DNA from: Phallusia mammillata
Taxonomy: Eukaryota
Assembly: GCA_965637545.1 (NCBI GenBank)
Contig: OZ281498.1
Location: 4,340,001-4,404,000 of the forward strand
DNA length: 64,000 nucleotides
Reading direction: 5' to 3'
Shown here: positions 48,963 through 59,530 of the stretch, one piece after another
Layout of the letters: each line of letters starts with the position of its first letter
Numbering within the stretch: the first letter of the stretch is position 1
The notes under the pieces: model-generated
The model's database searches: none
What the model saw: only the letters and a program-made list of their open reading frames with translations
Told to the model about the DNA's origin: nothing
Made by a program: the position numbers and the translations under genes

Positions 48963-51729
48963 GTGTATATGATATATTTAAGTTAGGGTATGGGTTATAG
49001 TGTTTGTTGCACCATATGTGTTCAAGTAACCCCAAGACTATAGATTCAACCATTAACGTTGACATGCATGTAAACTTGATGTTGATGAATGACATGTATG
49101 GTTCAAATTTTAAGTTCAAAAAACTATCAAGAACATGCATGCATATTTTCTAGAGTTCCATCTGTTGCCTATACACTGTACACCTGTTAGATACAAACCA
49201 GAGGCCGTATCATTTTTGCCTATGTAGAACGGCAAAGACTTGGAATTAAAAAAGACCTTTCTCGTTTTGTGTATGGGTTTGGTATGTGGCAATTGAACGT
49301 AACTATTCTTACATTGACCTTCTATTTGCAAAATAAGTCCTAAACCCCTATCCCTCAAATGCGCATTTATCGATCGTGACTTTGTTTTCGCTTTGTTCTG
49401 TAGTGTTTTGTTGGATCTTTATTACTACTTTGCTTTGCTGTTGTCTGTGTGATCAATTAGTAATTTCGATTCCTCTTTGTCCTATGACACTTGGCATTTG
49501 TTGTTTACCCGCCTTACATCGATCAACGGCACGAGGCAAACCGCTTGTTTTGCTCCTAGCCGTCAGAATAAATTATTTATGGAGCTACTTCGCAGTAAGT
49601 CCAGTCGTTATGCGATAACCTGTCAACTTAATCAGGACCTTTTCCATTATCGCCGACATATCTTCCTCAATTGATCTCGGATCACTGCTTTCAAGAGCGA
49701 AAACAGGGAAGCAAAACACGTGTGCATGAGACTGCTGCTGTTTACATATCACCCTAGCAAAAACAATTCACACATATATGCCACACAAATTGAAAACTTT
49801 GACAAGTCTAAAGTCATTCACCTTTTATATAGCATACTCGTATATATATATTGCCTAATAGATGGGGATCATCCGCATCTTATTCAAATAAAATTTACTA
49901 TGCAAGTTTCCAAACAATTCAATTTTATTTTGTTTACAGCGCCCGTAAATATTCGTAATAATTTACAGTAAACAGAACAAGAAAAGCGTTGCAAACAAAA
50001 AAGGATCAGCTTGAACCACACGTGGTTATAACTTATAGCTGACCCTAACTATTTGAAATAAGATGTCGTATCGGCAATTAAAGTAAGTAATTATGAAGCG
50101 CTGTGAAAATAAATCAACCACAAGATGAAAAGGAAACGACACCCGATCCGTCTGGAAGTCCCCGATTAAAATCGGCTGTGTTACGCAGAATAATGCGTTT
50201 CTTATCGGGCGGGATTAGAATCTTTAGAACCTGTGTTATAACACAGCCCGATTGCGGACGGTTTTATCGGTAATGGCAGTGGAGCATTAAATTTGTTTTT
50301 TATTGGCAAATATTATTTTTGCTGTGATAATAATCGCAGGTAAATTGGGTTTTATATCAAAATGGCAGTTAATTGTAAAACAGCAAGACAAAAACAAATG
50401 CATTCAAAGCTGTGAAATGAATATGTTAAACACTAAAATGAGCCAAGAATCAAGATTGAAGTACCTGATTGGCATCAAGGTTCTGGCAATGAAGCAATGC
50501 AAAGAGACCTTTCAGTGAGAAGAATTTCAAGTTATTACCTTTGTATGAAGCAAAGTGAGGACCAGCACACTGTCATATGAGGGCTTGTAGATTGGATTTG
50601 AATTGAAATGATTTACAGTAAGTGGCTGCCTTGTTACTGCCTTTCTAAACTCAACTCTTTCTGTATTTCTGGCTGATGTTATTTTGAATTTTAGCACAGT
50701 TAAAAACCCCAATATTGAATATTAACTCTGTTTTATAACACTTAGACTGCTTATTGGTGACTAAACTCAAGCCTCTTTTGTTTAACCCATAATTGTCAAG
50801 TCAAATGAGCATACACTTTAACTTTATTTTTTTATTGCAGTTCACCATCCGGGAAAAATGCTTAAAGCTTGAAAAAATCAACAGAAACATTCCATATCAA
50901 AAAAATTGAAGAAACTCTTTCATTGCGGAAGAATTTTGTCGACAAAAACAGCTCTCTCTTAAAGTGTCAGCAAAATCATTGATGTATACGACCTGTTACT
51001 TGCCTCACAGGAGAAAATTGTGTGTCGAGATATGCACCACATACTTTAGTTTTACATGAATCAAATCGGAATATGTGTTATTTCTTTTCCACTGTTCTAC
51101 CTGCCTGCAAGTTTATTTATTAGTTCTTATACCCAAATTAAGAATTTGTATTCAAACATTTGTAGGCGTTGATATTATTTTACCTCCATGGTGATTATGG
51201 TCTCATGTAAATTCTGAGAATGTTTTGCACTCTGATGTAGAATCGGACAGTGAAGTGATTCATCAGACATAAATTGAGAACCTCTAGTTTTGACCAGTAG
51301 TCTGCATGATAGCATGTTGTAACAATTGGGTGGTTCAACCTCATCTTTCACATGATATCCGGTTTAATTTTCTTGATAATTCAGCAAATCATTACATTTT
51401 CAGCTGTACAATATTGTTTCACCTTTTTGTTTTATTTTAGTCTGTTTACTTAAAGATCCTTGTTTAGTATGTACTATGTACTTGTAAATGCAGGTTTTAA
51501 CTGGCCAATCAACCAATTGCTGTGAATGTAATTATTTGTTCTCTTCCCATTTATTTCTGCTTCATATAACTATGGGACTCAACTTGAAAATGTTGAAGTG
51601 TGGAAATTGGGTTCATAAGGTGCTTTTTCCATCAATAAAGTGTTGTCCTCACTGTGCATTTGGTGTTTCATCATTTTCATTAGTACAGGCTTTAACGTGT
51701 TTGAGACCACTAACGGCTTGAGGTATATG

Positions 51730-52523
51730 TAAACGGTTTTTACACGCCAACTCTAAACAACATTCAGCAAACGCTTGCAAAATATCGTTTAAATCTGATC
51801 ATAACCTCGTAAATGAGAGACGTGCATCATAAGCGAACGCAGGGCATGACCGCTTTAAAAATGATTTTTGCGCGGTCTACCCATATAGCATGTACAGGCT
51901 CCAGATTTTAAACGGTTTAAAGTTATTATCACATTTAAACGATGTTTTGTATGCGTTTACTAGCTGTATTTTGGAGTTGACCTGTGAAAACCGTTTGGGT
52001 TTATCTTAAACCGTTTAAAATCTGGAGCTTGTATAGGCTAGATTGGTCGACTGCCCAAAAATCATTTTTGAAGCGGTCATGCCCTGCGTTCGCTTATGAT
52101 GCACGCCTCTCATTTACGAGGTTATGATCAGATTAAAACGACATTTTGTATGCCTTTACCGGATGTATTTTAGAGTTGACCTGTGAAAACCGTTTGTGTT
52201 TATCTTTAACCGTTTAACATCTGGAGCTTGTATATCATTGGTTGACTGCGCAAAAATCATATTTAAAGCGGTCACGCCCTGCATTCGCTTATGATGCACG
52301 CCTCTCATTTACGAGGTTATGATCAGATTTAAACGATATTTTGTATGCCTGTACTGGATGTATTTTAGAATTGACCCGTGAAAACCGTTTGTGTCTATCT
52401 TAAACCGTTTGTCATCTGGAGCTTTTATAGGCTACATAATTCGACAGCGCAAAAATCATTTTTAAAGCGGTCATGCCCTGCGTTCGCTTATGATGCACGT
52501 CTCTCATTTACGAGGTTATGATC
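51730..52523. repeat. ~197-bp internal repeats (one inverted, about three direct) in the foldback spacer
   Basis: CGGTCA(T/C)GCCCTGC recurs at about 52074, 52270 and 52468. An inverted copy lies at about 51730-51925. The array runs into the gap. Confidence 0.85.
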
Positions 52524-52723
52524 NNNNNNNNNNNNNNNNNNNNNNNNNNNNNNNNNNNNNNNNNNNNNNNNNNNNNNNNNNNNNNNNNNNNNNNNNNNNN
52601 NNNNNNNNNNNNNNNNNNNNNNNNNNNNNNNNNNNNNNNNNNNNNNNNNNNNNNNNNNNNNNNNNNNNNNNNNNNNNNNNNNNNNNNNNNNNNNNNNNNN
52701 NNNNNNNNNNNNNNNNNNNNNNN
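52524..52723. other. Assembly gap (200 N)
   Basis: Run of N between the tandem array and the right arm. Confidence 0.99.
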
Positions 52724-54256
52724 ATCTTTAAGTAAATAGACTAAAATAAAACAAAAAGGTGAAACAATATTGTACAGCTGAAAATGTAATGATTTGCTGA
52801 ATTATCAAGAAAATTAAACCGGATATCATGTGAAAGATGAGGTTGAACCACCCAATTGTTACAACATGCTATCATGCAGACTACTGGTCAAAACTAGAGG
52901 TTCTCAATTTATGTCTGATGAATCACTTCACTGTCCGATTCTACATCAGAGTGCAAAACATTCTCAGAATTTACATGAGACCATAATCACCATGGAGGTA
53001 AAATAATATCAACGCCTACAAATGTTTGAATACAAATTCTTAATTTGGGTATAAGAACTAATAAATAAACTTGCAGGCAGGTAGAACAGTGGAAAAGAAA
53101 TAACACATATTCCGATTTGATTTATGTAAAACTAAAGTATGTGGTGCATATCTCGACACACAATTTTCTCCTGTGAGGCAAGTAACAGGTCGTATACATC
53201 AATGATTTTGCTGACACTTTAAGAGAGAGCTGTTTTTGTCGACAAAATTCTTCCGCAATGAAAGAGTTTCTTCAATTTTTTTGATATGGAATGTTTCTGT
53301 TGATTTTTTCAAGCTTTAAGCATTTTTCCCGGATGGTGAACTGCAATAAAAAAATAAAGATAAAGTGTATGCTCATTTGACTTGACAATTATGGGTTAAA
53401 CAAAAGAGGCTTGAGTTTAGTCACCAATAAGCAGTCTAAGTGTTATAAAACAGAGTTAATATTCAATATTGGGGTTTTTAACTGTGCTAAAATTCAAAAT
53501 AACATCAGCCAGAAATACAGAAAGAGTTGAGTTTAGAAAGGCAGTAACAAGGCAGCCACTTACTGTAAATCATTTCAATTCAAATCCAATCTACAAGCCC
53601 TCATATGACAGTGTGCTGGTCCTCACTTTGCTTCATACAAAGGTAATAACTTGAAATTCTTCTCACTGAAAGGTCTCTTTGCATTGCTTCATTGCCAGAA
53701 CCTTGATGCCAATCAGGTACTTTAATCTTGATTCTTGGCTCATTTTAGTGTTTAACATATTCATTTCACAGCTTTGAATGCATTTGTTTTTGTCTTGCTG
53801 TTTTACAATTAACTGCCATTTTGATATAAAACCCAATTTACCTGCGATTATTATCACAGCAAAAATAATATTTGCCAATAAAAAACAAATTTAATGCTCC
53901 ACTGCCATTACCGATAAAACCGTCCGCAATCGGGCTGTGTTATAACACAGGTTCTAAAGATTCTAATCCCGCCCGATAAGAAACGCATTATTCTGCGTAA
54001 CACAGTCGATTTTAATCGGGGACTTCCAGACGGATCGGGTGGAAACGAGCAAAACAGGGTATTATTGCAATCAGCTGTAGGCAATTATTGCGCGCTGCGG
54101 AGAGAAAAGACTCAGCGGGCAGGGTAATCAATGAAGAACATTGGAAGCAATAAAGGCAGTAATTATAGCAAAACACCCCGTGGTATGTAAACAGTGGACC
54201 ATGTGGTACTGCATACCTAACATACCAGATACCACGTGCACGAACTGCGATGGACT

Positions 54257-57187
54257 TCATTGTGATTTTTGCTTTAAGTATGTGTCCAGAAAAAAGAGCT
54301 TAAGATTTCGCTGAAACGCAGCCAATCCGGCTTTTGCATTGGTAATTTCGCAAGGTAAATCATTCCACACTTTTGTGCATTTATACCGAAGCGTATGTTG
54401 GCCGCGACTGGAAAAAACTCTTGGAATGAAAAACTTTTGTTTGACTGCATGTCTTGTTGCATGTTTATGAATAGTTGATGCGTAAATAAAGAGTTCATCG
54501 AATAATGTAGGTAACTTATTGTGTTTAAAGTGAAATACAAATTTGGCTAGTTCCATATCGTGCATATCACATATTTTTAAAATATTTGTTTTTAGGTATA
54601 AATTGTTTGTAGAGCAGTGCCAAGGGCTGTTGGTAATAATTTTTAAAATCCTATTTTGCAGGACTTGTATTTGTTGCATGTGTGTTTTGGTGGCAAAGCC
54701 CCAAGATAACAACCCATAAAGGAGGTGTGGGTGTACTAGTGAATAGTACAGGTTTTTAAGGGTTTTCATCTGCGCATAATGTTTCAACTTTGAAAAAACT
54801 CCGGAGACTGCTGAAATTTTATTTCTAATGTAGCATATGTGTGGAACCCATGACATTTTTTCGTCTAAGATCACACCTAGATATTTGACTGAATCGGTTT
54901 TCTGTAGTTCCACCCCATCTACAGAGATTTTGCATTGGGATTGAAAAGAACTATTTTGGTTGGAAAACATCATGTACTTGGTTTTCCTATAGTTGATTGA
55001 TAGCTGATTGGCTCTCATCCATTCATCAACCTTACTAAACTGTTTATTTGCTGATGTCTGCAACATTTGGATATTTTTAGACGACATTGTAAGGCAGGTG
55101 TCATCTGCGAATAGTCTAGTTTCAAAATCGGATGCAAGGGGAAGATCATTGATGTAGAGTAAGAAAAGCAGAGGGCCGAGAGCTGACCCCTGCGGGATTC
55201 CACATGTCACATCACAATATTGTGATTGTTGTCCATGACAAAAAGTACATTGTTTTCGATTTGTTAAATAACTTTTAAAAAATTTGTGTACAAGTCCTCG
55301 AAATCCATAGTGTTCAAGTTTTTGAAGAAGTATATTGTGGTTCACAGTATCAAAAGCTTTTGCTAAATCGAGAAAAATAGTACATGTGTGGAGTCTCTTG
55401 TCCAATGCTGAAATTATTCTGTTGTGAATTTCTGCCACTGTTAGAGTTGTTGAATGAAGTGGTCTAAAGCCGGATTGAAATTTTGTTAATATTTTAAATT
55501 TGTTCAGATAAGTTGTCATGCGCTTGTAAATAATTTTTTCAAATATTTTTGAAAAGGTTGGAAGAAGTGATATTGGTCGGTAGTTGCCCAATTGTTTGGA
55601 ACAACCACCTTTGAACACAGGAATAACTTTGGCAACTTTAAGGCAATTCGGAAATGAGCCAGCCTGTACTGATTCATTAAACAGTGTACACAAAATCGGT
55701 GCGAGGGAAGGAGCTGCTAGCTTAATCAGATGAATGGGAATGTTGTATGGGCCTGTTGCTTTCTTTGAGTCAAGATCATGAATGGTGTTGTACACATCCT
55801 GTATGTTTATATCACAAAATTGGAAGGAATTTGGAGTGGGATGTTTAAGATATGTCTTTGGCAGGGTTGTTGTGGTTCTAATCTGTGATGCCATATCAAT
55901 GCCTATGTTTGCAAAATGCAAGTTGAAAGTGTGTGCGATGTCTGTTGGATTGGTGAGTGTGTTATTTTGATAAACTATCTGAGTTGCTTGTTGAGATGCA
56001 ACATGCTTGCGCGAAATAATTTTGTTGATGAGTTGCCATGTTTTTCTAGTGCTATTGCGATTTTGGTCAAATGACTTTTTGAAGTAGTTTTGCTTTGCAC
56101 ATCTTATAACAGTTTTTAGCTTCTTTGCATATTGCTTATATTTGTCACTTACTTTGCCACTCGCTAAACACTGTTTATAAAGTTTGTTTTTCTTTTTTAT
56201 TGACAATAAGATTCCTTTACTGAACCATGGTTTTATTTGTTTTGCAGACTTTCTGATGGATTTAGATAAGGGGGCATGATGGTTAATTACTTGTTGGAAA
56301 GCACTAATTAAGTTTTCAAACTTTTTATCTATGGATTGATGAAGGTTAATCCTGTCTATACATGTGCTGTACACATCACATAAAAAGTCGTCGATGTTAA
56401 AATGTCTGTAATCTCTGGTAAGTTGTGTCTTTTTCGATTGTACCAGACTGCAGTTTTTTACTATGGTAAATAATGGCAAATGGTCAGATATATCAAAAGA
56501 GACCAAACCTGGTATAATTATGTCATCAGTATTGTTTGTATAAATGTGGTCAATTGCTGACATTGTGTTAAAGGGTGAAATATGGGAAGGAATCGTAATT
56601 ATCAATTTTGCACTCAGACTTGTTGTCATTGATTTATATTGTTGTATCATAAATGTGTTAGATAGGGTATTAATGTTAAAATCACCAAGGATATAGTACT
56701 TGTCATTTTTTTTGTTTAATTTAAACAAACATGCCTCAAAGTATGCAGAAAACGATAAGATATTTGGTCCAGGATGTCTATATATAACACCAATCACCAT
56801 TGTTTTATTGTTGTTTAGCTGCAGCTCAATCCAGAGATTTTCACATTTTGGCATGTTAATGTGATAATGTTCTGTAACTTGGTACAACAAATTTGCCCTG
56901 ATATATAATCCAACACCTCCTGCTTTTGTTGGTGAGTCGTTATGCAGAAAGGTGTATCCATTTAATGATATGTTAGCTGTAGTGTTTGCATGTAATTTTG
57001 TTTCAGTTATTGCTATTACATGTGGCTTAACATCAGCTGTTTGCAAAAATTCTTCCAAGATATGTAAATTGCACACAAGACTTCTAACATTGAAGTGAAG
57101 TAGTGTCAGGTCAGAAGTGGTTGTTGTCTCTATTAGCATTTTGAACTCTTCCATGTTTAAGCATTTTGATTCTTTAACATTGGTCAT
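54257..57187 (-). CDS. LINE ORF2 (APE endonuclease + reverse transcriptase), CR1/L2 group (Crack/Daphne-like), intact 976 aa
   Basis: APE motifs HFNVRSL, IAITETKL, GVIYRHP, ILGDFNI, AIDHIY and SDHLP. RT motifs NYRPISLLPTFSKIFEK, FLDLAKAFDTVNH, GIPQGSALGPLLFLLYINDL, FADDT and KYLGVILD. Confidence 0.96.
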   Translation of the reverse strand: MTNVKESKCLNMEEFKMLIETTTTSDLTLLHFNVRSLVCNLHILEEFLQTADVKPHVIAITETKLHANTTANISLNGYTFLHNDSPTKAGGVGLYIRANLLYQVTEHYHINMPKCENLWIELQLNNNKTMVIGVIYRHPGPNILSFSAYFEACLFKLNKKNDKYYILGDFNINTLSNTFMIQQYKSMTTSLSAKLIITIPSHISPFNTMSAIDHIYTNNTDDIIIPGLVSFDISDHLPLFTIVKNCSLVQSKKTQLTRDYRHFNIDDFLCDVYSTCIDRINLHQSIDKKFENLISAFQQVINHHAPLSKSIRKSAKQIKPWFSKGILLSIKKKNKLYKQCLASGKVSDKYKQYAKKLKTVIRCAKQNYFKKSFDQNRNSTRKTWQLINKIISRKHVASQQATQIVYQNNTLTNPTDIAHTFNLHFANIGIDMASQIRTTTTLPKTYLKHPTPNSFQFCDINIQDVYNTIHDLDSKKATGPYNIPIHLIKLAAPSLAPILCTLFNESVQAGSFPNCLKVAKVIPVFKGGCSKQLGNYRPISLLPTFSKIFEKIIYKRMTTYLNKFKILTKFQSGFRPLHSTTLTVAEIHNRIISALDKRLHTCTIFLDLAKAFDTVNHNILLQKLEHYGFRGLVHKFFKSYLTNRKQCTFCHGQQSQYCDVTCGIPQGSALGPLLFLLYINDLPLASDFETRLFADDTCLTMSSKNIQMLQTSANKQFSKVDEWMRANQLSINYRKTKYMMFSNQNSSFQSQCKISVDGVELQKTDSVKYLGVILDEKMSWVPHICYIRNKISAVSGVFSKLKHYAQMKTLKNLYYSLVHPHLLYGLLSWGFATKTHMQQIQVLQNRILKIITNSPWHCSTNNLYLKTNILKICDMHDMELAKFVFHFKHNKLPTLFDELFIYASTIHKHATRHAVKQKFFIPRVFSSRGQHTLRYKCTKVWNDLPCEITNAKAGLAAFQRNLKLFFLDTYLKQKSQ

Positions 57188-57349
57188 ATTACTTTCAGGG
57201 TGTTTTGTTTCAGGTTATTGTACGATACATTAAGGAATGAACAAAGTAACATTGAAAAAAAAAAAATTTCAAACTGAACACAGCAACAAGCAAAAAAAAC
57301 ATACAACAACATAAAGAGTACATACTGACTTGTATTACCAGTTGGTGCT

Positions 57350-58151
57350 TCAGGACATTTCTGCTGATGGCGAAATCTTGTGTTTCATCATGTCCGCTGT
57401 ATTGTGGACTGCAATAGTGGCAGATGTTTCATTCTTTTTCATGAGAATGGTTCCATTTCTTGTCCATATAAATTTGAATCCATTTTGCCTTTTAAATTGA
57501 AGGCATTGGTAGAACATTTTTTTATTTGCTTTTGTCAAACTTTCATTTATGTAAATCCGTGGTTTGTGTGCATCAGCTTCAGACACCCTTGCTTTAAACA
57601 ATTTTGACCGATTGTTAAACATTTCGTCCCTTATTTTTCTGCTTGCAAACTTTACAATAATAGGTGCAGAAGATGTGTTTTGGTCTTTCTTTTGTGAGAG
57701 TCTGTGGGATACACAAATGTTTTCCTTTTTAAGTGTGATATCCAGGCGTTTTGCAACAGCAATGACAATTTCATCTGTGCATTCATTGTTATTGTGTGGG
57801 ACTCCTTTTATTTCCAAGCAGTCTCGTCTGCTGTATTGTTCCAGTGCATTAATTTTTATTTTCCTCTATGTCCTTTTTCATCTGCTTCATTTCCTCTTTT
57901 AAGTGTATGTTTTCTTTTTTGATGGCTTTTAGTTCGTCTTCTGTGCTGAGAAGCTTCTTTTCAATAAAATCATACTTACTAGACAAAAATGTTTGGCTCT
58001 TTTTTATGATTTGCAGCTCATTCAAAACAGAATTTAGTTTTGAGGACATTTCATCTTTATTGTGACTAATTTGTGAAAGCAGTACATCGACTTTGTCTGA
58101 TAAGTTGCTTACATTGGAAGTTGTATGTTTCTTCGGCGTGACGGGTGACAT
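57350..58151 (-). pseudogene. LINE ORF1 (coiled-coil + RRM/CTD type) broken by one frameshift near 57852
   Basis: The coiled-coil ORF 58151-57849 stops at ..EENKN*, while the adjacent frame reads KINALEQYSRRDCLEIKGVP..VSHRL..PIIVKF..IYINESLT..FKFIWTRNG, typical of CR1/L2-group ORF1. Confidence 0.85.
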
Positions 58152-59530
58152 TATTTCGATTTTTCAGGTTTTAAATTGTTTTTATTCAACTTATACACAA
58201 CCTTATTGAACCTTATTCAAATAGAATGACCAGACAATCCTCCAGCCTTATTCAAATAGAAACAAAAATTTACAGAACTTTCTTCAATGTTCCTATCTTC
58301 TGCAAAACGTTTCTGAGAATCTTAAACACCCTGGGGCATGTTAACCAAATAGAACTTCAATGTCCCGATGTTATTTGGAAAGCGCCGTTAATAGGTCACT
58401 AATTGGTTGAGAATTTAGGAAACATGTTAATTCGAAGAATATTATCTTGTTATTTGTCATTATTTTTTTACATTACATTGTGTTTTTGCGGTTCTGTATT
58501 TTCTAAACTTGAATGCAATGCAATCAACAGAAAGCATGGATGATATACCCGCAATTCAAAGCAAATTTAAACATACTTAACCTTTGAACACGTTTTTAAC
58601 CTCACACACCACAAACTCCAATAACTTTTTTGCACTGTGACTAATTACAAATAAGAGGTGCGTAAAGTCGAAGATCCTAATTAATTCAAAATTGTTCAAT
58701 TCTGAACTTAATACTATTTTGCTGACAATGTTAGTCAGAAAATAGCCTACGTTTACCATGAACAGGTGGTTGGGAATCGCAGTCCTCATAATACCGGTGC
58801 TTTTTCTGAACAATGTTAGAAACGAACAACTTGGCTAAATCGTATCAATTAGAAATAGCCATTTGCTTTGTAGTTGTAAAGCTATTTTTGATTTGGATTT
58901 CGTCTATTCCTTTCGTGAAAGTCTGTGATAGAATCAAATGTGTTTTTGATGGTGTGTATTTCCGAATCGCAGCGACCCGACTATAACAAGCACAGCACGA
59001 GTGATGAAAAAACAGAAACTGAGCACACCAGACCTAACGGAACTCAAAATGGTAAGTGCAGACAAATAGAGGTGTGTATTTTGAATGACAGTTCCAGCGC
59101 TTGTGATTGCTTGTAAAAATTACTATAAGCGTAAGAAAAGTTGACCACACCCCAAGCTTCTTTTTGCAAAAAACAAAACCACCCCATACCAGCATCATGT
59201 AGACCTGCAACGACAGACTACCGATGTTTTCGGAAGTACGTACGAAGGCGCGAAATTAAAGCATTCTACAGCGGTAAGGATGAAAAATTGGCGAATTGCA
59301 AATCACGGCTTTCACACAAAGCCACACGAGTAGAAAACAACACCAAAAACAGTCGTGGGAACATTAAACTTCCCAAGTGCGACTGCACAATGTGCGATAC
59401 TTCTTCAGCAACCAAGATACCATAAATGCAAATGGTGCATTTTTCGCTCGCAGTCTCGTGTTCAGAAAAACCAAGACCACGCTACTAAAGTCTATATCTT
59501 CCTCGCTTATGGGCACGACCGCACCACCTT

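Larger units (their letters stand above)
50140..54041. mobile_element. Foldback-type DNA transposon with >=1318-bp inverted arms, CAC...GTG termini and 7-bp TSD
   Basis: 50140-51457 is the near-identical reverse complement of 52724-54041. TSD GAAACGA at 50133-50139 and 54042-54048. The duplicated spurious ORFs (MANIIFAV.., MGFLTVLK..) lie on opposite strands. No transposase in the sequenced part. Confidence 0.88.

Noticed and set aside
52912-52945. CTGATGA in the foldback arm (mirrored at ~51260), and in SKAP and MCCC1 exons
   Set aside because: No stem II followed by GAAA, so not a hammerhead.
50303-53878. Duplicated ORFs MANIIFAV.. and MGFLTVLK.. on opposite strands
   Set aside because: By-products of the inverted arms, with no recognisable domain or splice support.
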